From: Mobula hypostoma
Lineage: Eukaryota
Direction: 5' to 3'
NCBI RefSeq assembly: GCF_963921235.1
Contig: NC_086108.1
Span: 744,001 to 808,000 of the forward strand
DNA length: 64,000 nt
Each line of letters begins with the position of its first letter. Position 1 is the stretch's first letter. The notes beneath the pieces were generated by a model, which saw only the letters and a list, made by a program, of their open reading frames with translations, was not told the DNA's origin and made no database searches. Positions 36,753 to 49,686 of this stretch are shown here, one piece after another. The position numbers and the translations under genes are program-made.

Positions 36753-39700
36753 AGAACATAGAACATAGAATAGTACAGCACATTACAGGCCCTTCGGCCC
36801 ACAATGTTGTGCCGACCCTCAAACCCTGCCTCCCATATAACCCCCCCACCTTAAATTCCTCCATATACCTGTCTAGTAGTCTCTTAAACTTCACTAGTGT
36901 ATCTGCCTCCACCACTGACTCGGGCAGTGCAGTGCATTCTACGCACCAACCACTCTCTGAGTGAAAAACCTTCCTCTAATATCCCCCTTGAACTTCCCAC
37001 CCCTTACCTTAAACCCATGTCCTCTTGTATTGAGCAGTGGTGCCCTGGGAAAGAGGCACTGGCTGTCCATTCTATCTAGTCCTCGTAATACTTGTATACC
37101 TCTATCATGTCTCTTCTCATCCTCCTTCTCTCCAAAGAGTAAAGCCCTAGCTCCCTTAATCTCTGATCATAATGCATACTCTCTGAACCAGGCAGCATCC
37201 TGGTAAATCTACTCTGTATCCTTTCCAATGCTTCCACATCTTTCCTATAGTGAGGTGACCAGAACTGGACATAGTACTCCAAGTGTGGCCTAACCAGAGT
37301 TTTATAGAGCTGCATCATTACATCGCGACTCTTAAACTCTATCCCTCGACTTATGAAAGCTAACACCCCATAAGCTTTCTTAACTACCCTATCCACCTGT
37401 GAGGCAACTTTCAGGGATCTGTGGACATGTACCCCGAGATCCCTCTGCTCCTCCACACTACCAAGTATCCTGCCACTTACTTTGTACTCTACCTTGGAGT
37501 TTGTCCTTCCAAGGTGTACCACCCCACACTTCTCTGGGTTGAACTCCATCTGCCACTTCTCAGCCCATTTCTGCATCCTATCAATGTCTCTCTGCAATCT
37601 TCGACAATCCTCTACACTATCTACAACACCACCAACCTGTGTGTCGTCTGCAAACTTGCCAACCCACCCTTCTACCTCCACATACAGGTCGTTAATAAAA
37701 ATCATGAAGAGTAGAGATCCCAAAACAGATCTTTGTGGGACACCACTAGTCACAATCCTCCAATCTGAATGTACTCCCTCCACCATGACCCTCTGCCTTC
37801 TGCAGGCAAGCCAATTCTGAATCCACCTGGCCAAACTTCCCTGGATCCCATGCCTTCTGACTTTCTGAATAAGCCTACCGTGTGGAACCTTGTCAAATGT
37901 CTTACTAAAATCCATATAGATCACATCCACTGCTCTACCGTCGTCTATATGCCTGGTCACCTCCTCAGAGAACTCTATCAGGCTTGTTAGACACGATCTG
38001 CCCTTCACAAAGCCATGCTGACTGTCCCTGATCAGACCATGATTCTCTACATGCCCAGAGATCCTATCTCTAAGAATCTTTTCCAACAGCTTTCCCACCA
38101 CAAACGTAAGACTCACTGGTCTATAATTACCCGGACTATCCCTACTACCTTTTTTGAACAAGTGGACAACATTCACCTCCCTACAATCCTCCGGTACCAT
38201 TCCCATGGACAACGAGGACATAAAGATCCTAGTCAGAGGCTCAGCAATCTCTTCCTTCGCCTCGTGGAGGAGCCTGGGGAATATTCCGTCAGGCCCCGGG
38301 GACTTATCCGTCCTAATGCATTTTAATAACTCCAACACCTCCTCGCCCTTAATATCAACATGCTCCAGAACATCAACCTCACTCATATTGTCCTCATCAT
38401 CATCAAGTTCCCTCTCATTGGTGAATACCGAAGAGAAGTATTCATTGAGGACCTCGCTCACTTCCACAGCCTCCAGGCACATCTTCCCACCTTTATCTCT
38501 AATCGGTCCTACCTTCACTCCTTCATCCTTTTTTTCTTCACATAATTGAAGAATGCCTTGGGGTTTTCCTTTACCCTACTCGCCAAGGCCTTCTCATGCC
38601 CCCTTCTTGCTTTTCTCAGCCCCTTCTTAAGCTCCTTTCTTGCTTCCCTATTTTCCTCAATGGACCCATCTGATCCTTGCTTCCTAAACCTCATGTATGC
38701 TGCCTTCTTCCACCTGACTAGATTTTCCACCTCACTTGTCACCCATGGTTCCTTCACCCTACCATTCTTTATCTTCCTCACCAGGACAAATTTATCCCTA
38801 ACATCCTGCAAGAGATCGCTAAACATCGACCACATGTCCATAGTACATTTCCCTGCAAAAACATCATCCCAATTCACACCCGGAAGTTCTAGCCTTATAG
38901 CCTCATAATTTGCCCTTCCCCAATTAAAAATTTTCCTGACCTCTCTGATTCTGTCCTTTTCCATGATAATGCTAAAGGCCAGGGAGCGGTGGTCACTGTC
39001 CACCAAAAGCTCACCCACTGAGAGATCTGTGACCTGACCCGGTTTATTACCTAGTACTAGATCTAGTATAGCATTCCCCCCAGTCGGCCTGTCAACATAC
39101 TGTGACAGGAATCCGTCCTGGACACACTTAACAAACTTTGCCCCATCTAAATCCTTGGAACTAATCAGGTGCCAATCAATATTAGGGAAGTTAAAGTCAC
39201 CCATGATAACAACCCTGTTATTTTTGCACCTTTCCAAAATCTGCCTCCCATTTTGCTCCTCTGTATCTCTGCTGCTACCAGGGGGCCTATAGAATACCCC
39301 CAGCAGAGTAACTGCTCCCTTCCTGTTCCTGACTTCCATCCATATTGAATCAAAAGAGGATCCTGCTACATTACCTACCCTTTCTGTAGCTGTAATAGTA
39401 TCCCTGACCAGTAATGCCACCCCTTCTCCCCATTTCCGCCCCCCCCATCCCTTCTAAAGCACTGAAATCCAAGAATATTGAGAATCCATTCCTGCCCTGG
39501 TGCCAGCCAAGTCTCTGAAATGGCCATTAGATCATAATTCCATGTATGTATCCAAGCTCTCAGTTCATCCCCTTTGTTCCTGATGCTTCTTGCATTGAGG
39601 GACACACACTTCAGCCCTTCTACCTTACTACCTCTACACTGTTTATTCTGCTTCTCTTTCCTCAAAGCCTCTGTATATGTTAGATCTGGCTTTAGTCCTT

Positions 39701-40345
39701 GCACTTCTTTCACTGCTCTATCGCTCTGGGTCCTATCCCCTTTGCAAATTAGTTTAAACCCTCCCAAACCATGCTAGCAAACCTGCCTGCAAGGAAATTG
39801 CTCCCCCTTGAGTTCAGGTGCAACCCATCCAATCTGTACAGGTCCCACCTTCCCCAGAAGAGATCCCAATGATCTAAAAATCTAAAACCCTGCTCCCTGC
39901 ACCAACTCCTCAGCCACGCATTCAACTGCTATCTCCTCCAATCCTTACCATCACTGTCACGTAGCACTGGCAGCAATCCTGAGAACGCCACCCTTGAGGT
40001 CCTGTTCTTCAGCCTTCTGCCTAGTTCCCAAAACTTACACTTCAGGACCTCATCCCTCTTCCTGCCTATGTCGTTGGTCCCTACATGTATCATGACTTCT
40101 GATTGCTTTCCCTCTCGTACCAGGATGTCGTGCACCCAGTCAGAGACATCACAGACCCTGGCACCTGGGAGGCAACAAACCATGTGGGTGTCCTTCTCAC
40201 GTCCACAAAATCTCCTGTCTGCTCCCCTGACTATAGAGTCTCCAATGATGACAGCTCTCCTCTTCTCCGTCCCACCCTTCTGCACCACCGGCTCAGACTC
40301 AGTGCCGGAGGTCCTGCCACCGTGGCTCACACCTGGTCGGTGGTC
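36753..40345 (-). mobile_element. CR1 LINE with ORF1 SGNH-esterase region and a nearly complete but frameshifted ORF2
   Basis: IIGDSIVR...CLPGA...HVGTND (esterase), SLNARSIRNK/ISETW/GDFN (APE), 480-aa RT ORF 37076..38518, (ttctatg)n tail. Confidence 0.93.
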
Positions 40346-41394
40346 CCCGCCAACAGGTCTGGATAGAATGGATGTGGAGAGGAGGTTTCCTACTCTGGGG
40401 AAGTTTAGGACCAGGGACACAGCCTCAGAACTGTCCATTTAGAAAAGAGATGAGGAAAAAATTCTTTAGTCAGAGGGTGGTGTATTTGTGGAGTTCATTA
40501 TCACAGAGGGCTGTGGGCAAGTCTTTGGGTATGTTTCAGGCAGTGGTCGATAGGTTCTTGATTAATCAGGGCCTCAAAGATTACGGGGAGAAAGCAGGGG
40601 AATAGGGTTGAGAGAGATCATAATCAGCATGATAGAGTGGCAGAGCAGACTCAATGGGCTGAATGGCCTAATTCTGCTCCTCTGTCTTATGATCTTCTGG
40701 TCTTAGTGAGTTACTGTAGGCTCCTGTACTTCAGGAGCAAACAACATGGATATAACTAAACATCTTGGTTAGACGAAAGATTTGTCTAGTTAAGGTGATT
40801 ATTTTGTGTTCAGATCTTGCCTGTTTTCTTCATTCTTCAGTTAAATATTGGTCTGTGCTCGCTGAACTTCAGAAGATGAGAAATTATCTCACTGGTCATG
40901 CTAGACTCTGAGAGGTGACACAAGAGACTGCAGATTCTGGAATCTGGAGCAAAACCCATTTTTGCTAGAGGAGCTCAGTAGGTGGAGCAGCATCTGTCCA
41001 GGGGAATAGACAGTCGTCCTTTCAGGTGCAGACCCTTCATGTAGATGAAGGGTTCCCAACTTGGGTCCACGGACTCCTTGGTTAAAAAAGTGATCTACAT
41101 CAGTCCAGATGAAGGGTCCTAACCCAAAGACGTCAACTGTCCATTACCTGCCATTAATGCTGCGTGACCTGCTGAGTTCCTCCAGCACCTTGTGTGTTGC
41201 TTCAGATTTTGAGAGGAATTGGCAGGCAAGAAAGTTGAGAATCAGGATTAAAAGTAAGGACTAAAATTTTTAAAAATTCTACTCAGCAGGCTATGAATCT
41301 TTGGAATGCTATCCACTAGAGAGCTATGGGCACTCAGATATTGAGTCTGTTCAAGGCTGAGATCAGTGAATTCTTGATCACTGAAGGAATTAGT

Positions 41395-44300
41395 CCATAA
41401 GACATAGGAGCAAAATTAGACCACTGGGCCCATTGAGTCTGTTCCGCCATTCAATCATGGCTGATCCTTTTTTTTTCCCCCTCCTTAGCCCCACTCACAG
41501 TTACCTTTGATGCTGTGGCCAATCAAGAACCTGTCAATCTGCGCCTTAAATACACCCAACGACATGGCCTCCTCAGCGGCCCGTGGTAACAAATTCCACA
41601 AATTCGCCACCTTCTGGCTAAAGGAATTTCTCCACATCTCTATTTTAAATGGACGCACCTCTATCTGGATGCTGTGCCCTCTTGTCCTAGACTTCCCCAC
41701 CATGGGAAACATCTTTTCCACACTTGCTCTGAATAGGCTTTTCAACATTCAAAAGGTTTCAATGAGATTCCTCCCCCCCATCCTTCTAAATTCCAGCAAG
41801 TACAGTTCCTCATATTCCCAGAATCATCCTTGTGAACCTCCTCTGAACCCTCTCCAATGGTAGCACATCTTTTCTTATATGAGGAGCCCAAAGCTATTCA
41901 CAGTACCTATTCACCAGTGCCTTATAAAGAAAGCCTCAGCATCACATCCCTGTTCTTATATTCTAGATCTCTTGAAATGAATGCTAACATTGCATTTGCC
42001 TTCCTCACCACTATCTCAGCCTGCAAGTTAATCTTTAGGGTGTTCTGCACAAGGACTCCCAAGTCCCTTTGCATCTCAGATTTCTGAATTTTTTCCCCGT
42101 TTAGAAAATAGTCTGCACATTTTCTTCTTCAACCAAGGTGCGTTTTCCAGCGTTATATTTCATTTGCTGCTTTCTTCCCATTCTCCTAATCTGTCTTAAT
42201 TCCTTTCACACCCTTCCTGTTTCTTCAACAGTACCTGCCCCTCCACCAGTCTTCGAGTCATCTGCTTACTTGGCAACAAAGCCATTGATTCCATCATTTA
42301 AATCATTGATATACAGCATAAGAAGAAGTGGTCCCAGTGCAAACCCCTGCAGAACACCACTAGCACTGGCAGCCAACTGGAAAGGGATTAGGGATCCTTT
42401 TATTCCCACTCATTGCTTCCTACCAATCAGCCAATGCTCTAACCATGCTAGTAACTTGGTAAGCAGCCTCATGTATGACACCTTGTCAAAGGTCTCTGAA
42501 AATCCAAATATACAATATTCTCTGCATCCCTTTTATCTCTCCTGCTGTAATCTCCTCAAAGAATTACAACATGTTCGTCAGGCAAGATTTTCCTTTAAGG
42601 AAACCATGCCTGACTTTGTCCTATCTTGTCCTGTGTCAACATCTACTCCATAACCTCATCATTCACAATTACCTTCAACAACTTCCCAGCTACTGAGGTC
42701 AGGCTAACTGGTCTATCATTTCCTTTCTGCAGCCTCCCTTCTTTCTTAAAGAGTGGAGTAATATTTACAATTGTCAGGCCTCCGGAATCATGCCAGAGTC
42801 CAATGATTCTTGAAAGATCAGTACTAATGCCTCCATAATCTCTACTGCTACCTCTTTCAGAACCCTAGGGTGGAGTTCATCTAGTCTGGGTGACTTATGT
42901 TCTTTTACGTCTTTCAGCATTTTGTGCACCTTCTCCCTTGTAATAGTAACTGCACTCACTAATACTTTATACTTTATTGTCGCCAAACAATTGATACTAG
43001 AACGTACAATCATCACAGCGATATTTGATACTGCGCTTCCCGCTCCCTGGATTACAAATATTAAATATTAAAAATAGTTTAAAATTAATAAATATTTTAA
43101 AAATTAAATTATAAATCATAAATAGAAAAATGAAAAGTGAGGTAGTGCAAAAAAACCGAGAGGCAGGTCCGGATATTTGGAGGGTACGGCCCAGATCCGG
43201 GTCAGGATCCGTTCAGCAGTCTTATCACAGTTGGAAAGAAGCTGTTCCCAGATCTGGCCATACGAGTCTTCAAGCTCCTGAGCCTTCTCCCGGAGGGAAG
43301 AGGGACGAAAAGTGTGTTGGCTGGGTGGGTGGTGTCCTTGATTATCCTGGCAGCACTGCTCCGACAGCGTGCGGTGTAAAGTGAGTCCAAGGACGGAAGA
43401 TTGGTTTGTGTGATGTGCTGTGCTGTGTTCACGATCTTCTGCAGCTTCTTCCGGTCTTGGACAGGACAACTTCCATACCAGGTTGTGATGCACCCCAGAA
43501 GAATGCTTTCTACGGTGCATCTATAAAAATTAGTGAGGGTTTTAGGGGACAGGCCAAACTTCTTTAGTTTTCTCAGGACGTAAAGGCGCTGGTGGGCACT
43601 TACTTCTCTTCCCTCACACCCTTCAACATCTGGCAAACTGCTAGTGTCTTCCACAGTGAAGATTGTTGCAAAATACTCATTTAGTTCATCTGCCATCTCC
43701 TTATTCCCCATTTTTATTTCTCCAGCTTCATTTTCTAGCAGCCCTGTACTCACTCTCATCTCTCTTTTTCTTTATATAATTGAAAAAGCTTTTTCTATCC
43801 ATCTTGATATTGTTTAGAAACATAGAAAATAGGTGCAGGAGTAGGCCATTCGGCCTCCAGACTCAAAGTACAACAAGATCATCCACCTTATTTCTTATAC
43901 TCCATGCATTGAGGTATAACTCTTTTTTCTGCATTTGCTACCCTTTTTGATTCTGCATCCCTAATGCACTGATACTCACCCTGCTATCTGCAATTTTGTC
44001 CTATCATCTGCCTGCCCTTCCTGATAGTCTGACTGCATGCTTTCTTTGCTTTTTTACCATCTGTCCTATCCTGAGTCCCTTCACTCTGGTTCCCATTCTC
44101 CTGCCAAATTAGTTTAAACCCTGCCCAACAGCTCTAACAACCCTGCCTGCATGATATAGATGCAACCTGCCCCTTTTGTACAACTCATACCTTCCCTCTG
44201 AAGAAATCCCAATAATCCAAGAACCTGAAGCCCTGCCCCCATACCAGCTTCTCAGCCACACATTTATCTGCCAGATCTTTGTACCCTGGAGGTCCTGCTT

Positions 44301-44610
44301 CTCAGTTTTCTGCCTAGCTCTCTAAATTCTCCGTTCAGGACCTCATTGCTTTTCCTTCCCATGTCATTGGTACTAATATGTACCAAGACATCTGGCTGCT
44401 CTCCCTCCCTCTTCAAAATGCTGTGGATGCGATCCGAGACATCCTGACCCTGGCGCTTGGGAGGCAACATACCATCTGGGTGTCCTGTTCACGCCCACAG
44501 AATCTGCTGTCTGTTCCTCTGACTATTGAGTCCCTTATCGCTACCACTCTCGCCTTCTCCCTCTTTCCCTTCTGCACCACTGACCCATCCTCAGTGCCAG
44601 AAACCTGGTT
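41395..44610 (-). mobile_element. Old degenerate CR1 LINE with esterase remnant
   Basis: RDSIVRGTDSRFCG..CCLPSARV, HISTND, RT and 3' fragments. Confidence 0.8.
42961..43595 (-). mobile_element. Rex1/Babar LINE 3' fragment nested in CR1
   Basis: HQRLYVLRKLKKFG...FYRCTVESIL..CITTWYG peptide. Near-TSD gcact(c/t)act at 42952-42960 and 43596-43604. Confidence 0.85.
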
Positions 44611-46199
44611 TCTGGAATTGAAAGATAAAGAAGTGCAGGAGGGTGCTGGAATCATGATCTTATCCTTTAGCACCCATTCAAGACTCCATTGCATCTGCTC
44701 TGAAAACACTGAATTCTCAATGTGCTGTGCCAAAGCAAACACTGCTGCTGTTTGACTATCAAGCTTGCTGATGTGAACTGGGGCGATCGTTCAGTATATT
44801 GTCTTTGGCTGTATTATTTTTGGGCTAAGAATTCAGAGGAAAGAAAGTTCACTCAGATTCCTAATCCCATTTTGCTTTCCTTTTGGAAGTGTAGATAATA
44901 CAGGTTAATTTTTTATTTCAAAGTATGCTTTAATTTTTTTATTTTTATTTTGAGATTCAGCATGGCAACAGGCCCTTCTGGTTCAATGAGCCCATGCGAC
45001 CCATTTACACCCACGTGATCAATTAATCTACCAATCCGTACGTCTTCGGAATGTGGGAGGAAACCGGAGCATTCAGAGGAAACCCATGCAGTCATGGGGA
45101 GAACATACAAACCCCTTACAATAGGGACAGATACAGAGGGGAATTGAATGGAAGAGAAGTGAAGTGATGCCACAACTTTATAATATATTGGTCAGGCTTC
45201 AGCAGGAGTATTACATGCAGTTTTGGTCACTGTGCTGTAGGAAGGATGTGGTAACGCTAGAGAGGGTACAACGAAGGATAGGTCATTCCTGTTATGTGGA
45301 GAGACTAGATCTATTTTCCATGGAGCAGAGTTGACTTAAATTGAAGAATATAAAAGGATGAGGGGTATAGAGTCTGATTTATTTATTCAATTCAAGTTTA
45401 ATTCTCTTTCAACCGTGCATGAATACAGCCAAAAGAGACAGCATTACTCCAGGGCAAAGGTGCAAAACACAATACCAACAGCCACACACAGCACAAAGCA
45501 CATATAGCGCATACAAGATAGCAAGCACATGTAAGACATCAGTAAAGTACAGCCACACAAAAAAATAGTCCAGACCCCGAGTCCATGAATGCCGCAGAAA
45601 TCTGCAGTCGACCACAGTACAGCTTGTCTTCTGCCAAGCGAACACTGCGGGGCGATACTGAGTCCAGCCTGGATGCCGTGCCACACCCCTCCCAGTGAGT
45701 GCACCAGCTTCAGTGCCTCTCTCCAAGTCTCTCTCAACAGGCTACTACAATGCAGCTTGAGGCCGAGTCCGTGAACGGTGCAGAAATCTGCAGCCGACCA
45801 GAGTACAGCCTGTCTTCTGCTGAGCAAATACTTGGGGGGATAGGGGCAGCACCGACTTATCACGTGTATATCAAAACATAGCGAAATGTATCATTTGCAT
45901 TAACAACCAACACAATCTAAGCATGTGTTGGTGGCAGCCCACAAGTGTTGCCACACTTTCCAGCACCAATATAGTATGGCCACAGTGTTAGATCGGGTAC
46001 AGTTGAATTGCCTTGGAAGAGAGGGCTACAGGCCAAATACTTGAAGAGGGGATTAGTACAGCTGGTCATTGCCCACTTGTCAGTGTGAACATTGTGAGCT
46101 GAATGGCCTGTTTCCATGCTGTATGACCCTGATTTTGTGACAATATTCAAGTCAATATTTTCATAACAATTTATGTTATTAATATTTCTTAACATTAGC

Positions 46200-47445
46200 A
46201 GTTTATCAGTTATCTACTGTATCCAGTGCTCCCAATGTGGCCTCCTCTACATCGGTGAGACCTGTACTGTACAAAAGTCATAGGCACATTTATATAGCTA
46301 GAATGCGTAAGACCTTTGCACAGTACTGTATTTGTTAACATGGAGTGGAGAGTGAGGTGGTAAATCTGGCAGGGGCAAAGGATTTTGGGAATGACGTGTG
46401 TGGAGCACTATGGGAGGAATGTGGGGCAGATGGCAGAGGAGGAGTTCCGGGGGTGGAAGGGACTGTTGGGGGGTGGTGCGGCTGCAGACATATTCAGCTC
46501 TGAGACACCAGGCAAAGTCATTTGATTCCAAACTATTGATTTATTGATCATTACAGAATGTCTCTTTGGTGCTTCCCACTCCCTTCCCTCTCCCTTCCCT
46601 TTTTCCCAACTGTGATTCCCCTCTCTCCACCCTCGCTCCCACTTTCAGTCCACAATAGAGACCCATATCAGAATCAGGTTTATCAACACTCACACATGTC
46701 GTGAAATTTGTTTTTTTTTTTGCGGGGCTGCAGGAGTACAGTCCAATACATGAAATTATTACTGTACTGTTCAAAAGTCTTGGGCACTCTAGCTATATAT
46801 ATGTGCCGAAGACTTTTACACAGTACTGTAGATTGGAAGACTACTTTGTTGAAGACCTTCACTCCATCTGCAACAAGCACGATTTCTTGTTGCCAGTCAT
46901 TTTGATTCCAATCCCCATTCTCATTCCAACATGCCTCTGGTCTTCTCTACTGCCACAATGAGGTTGCTCACAGGTTGGGGGAGCAACACGAATGGCACGA
47001 ATATTGATTTCTCACAGTAATTTCTCTCTCCCTCCACCTCCTTTCTTTTTCCATTCCCCATTCTGTTTCCCTTCTTATCTCTTCTCCTCACCTGCCTAGC
47101 ACCTCCCTCTGGTTCCCCTCCTCCTTTTCTTTTTCCTATGGGTCACTCTCCTCTCCTATCAGATTCCTCCTTCTAGAGCCCTTTACCTTTTCCACTTTTC
47201 ACCTCCCAGCCTCTTATTTGATCTCCCACCCCACCCAGCCACCGAGCTACCTCCTCACCTAGCTTCATCTATCACCTGCCAGCATGTACTCCTTCCCCTT
47301 TCCCCACCAGCATAGTCTGACTTCTTCCGCCTTCCTTTCCAGTCCTGATGGAGTGTCTCGGCCTGAAACCTCAGCTCTTTATTCCCCTCTGTAGATGCTG
47401 CCCCAACCTACTGAGCTCCTCTTGCATTTTGGGAGCGTTACTGAT
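46200..47445 (+). mobile_element. Penelope-like element 3' part: GIY-YIG endonuclease remnant, UTR and degenerate hammerhead (47340-47376)
   Basis: 46209-46262 translates VIYCIQCSQCGLLYIGET (GIY-YIG with CxxC). The element resumes after the MITE at about 46831. Confidence 0.82.
46263..46830. mobile_element. Tc1/mariner-like MITE with hairpin-shaped terminal inverted repeats
   Basis: tactgtacaaaagtcataggcac ... gtgccgaagacttttacacagtactgta. Confidence 0.72.
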
Positions 47446-48052
47446 GTTATTAATTGTTGTTCCTTTACAACCTAACACATCCTTTTATTCCTACATCCTA
47501 CATGCCAAACACTTCATTCCTTGTAATGTAGAAGATTGATAGAGGTATACAAAATTTTGAGGTGTATAGATAGGGTAAATGCAACATTCCACTAAGGTTG
47601 GGTGGGACTATAACCATAGATTAAGGTAAAAGGTTAAAATTTTAAGAGCAACCTGAGGGGAAACTTCTTCACTCGGAGAGTAGTGAGAGTGTGGAGCGAG
47701 CTGCCAAAGCAAGTGGTGTATGCGAGCTCAATTTTAACGTTTGGAAAGGTACATGAATAGGGAGGGGTATGGAGGGATATGGTCCGGATGCAGGTTGATC
47801 GGAATATGCACTTTAAATGGTTTTGGCACAGACTAGATGGGCTAAAGGTTCTGTTTCTGTGTTGTACTTTTCTATAACTATTCATCTGTGTTCTCAGAGA
47901 TTTCAGCCAACCTGTGTCACACAAAATTGACTCGTGCATGGTGTCTTTAAGATATTCTTCTGAAATACATCTTGCCCTACCCACTTAGTAAAGCTGGCAG
48001 ACAGATTGTGAACCAGTACACCACCACATAGGCGCCTATCTTTTTTATCACT

Positions 48053-49686
48053 AATTTTTTTTTATTGCAACACCAACAATTTACATTCAATACAACCATT
48101 TGCCGATCACATTTTGACTGTTTAACCCGGCCACCCCCCAACCTTCATCACCATCCCCCCTCCACCCCTCATCCTCTTCCTCATCCCCATCCCCCCTCTA
48201 CCTCTCTCCCCCCCAATCCCTCGCCCCTCCACCAACCAACTGAATAGTAGTACATACACAGACAGAGCACTCCTATTTTAACAGAAGATCTTTTAAGTTA
48301 GATATCAAATTTATCCACATTGAGATTGTGTTTGGTCGTGCATCATTTACTCTTGCTAATGATAGTTCCAGGTAAGAAATGTTCTAAAAGCTCTGAAGCC
48401 AGTGAGTACTTGAAATATCATGGGGAGATTTCCAGCGCTGGACTACAATCTTCTTAGCTGCAGTTAGGCCTGTCAGCCAGACTTTGCACATTTTTTCCGT
48501 AAGAGAAAGGTGGGAGACATCATTTAGAAGATGTACAGCAGGGTCCATTGGTAATTGTACCCCTGTTAGTTCTGTAAGAGTACTGGTAACCTTTCCCCAC
48601 AAACCAAAAACCCCTGGACATTCCCATACAACATGTATAAAAGAGCCAACGGTTCTGTGGGGGCAAAATGAGCAATATGGGTCAGGAACCAGTCCCATTT
48701 GATGTCTAATTCTCGGTGTTAAATATGCTCTATGACAAAATTTCAAGTGTATGTATGATTTGGGTTTTTTGAAACAGCGGCAGCATTATCCCAAATCGCA
48801 TCCCAGTCTAAACCTTGTCCTAATTCAGATATGTCCCTATACCAAGCTTTCATTCCTGATGTGGGCATATATTTCTGGGAGTTTAATTTATCATAGATAT
48901 ATGACACTATCTCCCCTGGAGCACTCTGTATCCAACTTAAAATGGGATGGTCCTTTAAAACTGACCCCCAGGGAATGCCATAGGCTTTACAAGCTGGTCT
49001 TACTCTAAAGTAGAAGAGAGTGTTTATCAATATTATATCGAGATATCAGTTCTTGAAAGCTAAGGATAGTACTTGCCCCATTAATATCTTGAAGAGTAGT
49101 AATACCTTTATCCTCCCAAGTTCTGTTAGTGAATGGTTTCCCTCCTCTTTAGAAGATGATTATTGTTCCATAATGGAGATGATTTGCACCATACGCTTTT
49201 AAATTTTAGGAATTTTTCTGCTGCTCTAAACACTTGTAGCATATGGGTTAGAATTGGACCGTAATACAAATCACATGTTTTGGTAGACATACCTATAAGG
49301 AGAAAGTCCTTCAACCTTGTTGATGCTATTAGCTCTTGTTCTATGTTTTTCCATGATGAAACTTTATCCTCCTCCATCCAATAGCTAAGACTTTTTAATA
49401 GAAATGCCCAGTGATACAATTTAAAATTTGGTCGTGCCAATCCCCCATCCGACTTTTTGAATTGTAGAGCTGACCACTTTATATTGGGTCGTTTACCATT
49501 CCAAACATAGCGTCGTAGTAAGGAGTCCAGTTTTTGCCAATATCCTGCTGGAGGTGCAAGTGGGATCATTGAGCTGATAGAATTAATGCGGGGTAAGATG
49601 TTCATTTTAATGACCGATATACGGGCTGGGACTGATGCTGGCAGGTGTCTCCACCTATTAATATCATCTTCTATTTTTTTTTTCAA
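48053..49686 (-). mobile_element. L1-clade LINE 3' fragment (ORF2 C-terminus)
   Basis: RISVIKMNILPR...YVWNGKRP...GGLARPN, Zn-knuckle CSFC...HVVWEC, AATAAA and poly(A) at about 48055-48066 on the minus strand. Confidence 0.85.

Larger units (their letters stand above)
29730..40705 (+). mobile_element. Old, near full-length CR1 LINE broken by many later insertions
   Basis: Colinear pieces: ORF1 zipper (29730-29900), SSPVAIPLNNKY (31755), esterase region (32120-32450), APE (32490-33100), RT (33700-34645, 36283-36750), 3' end (40355-40705). Confidence 0.75.
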
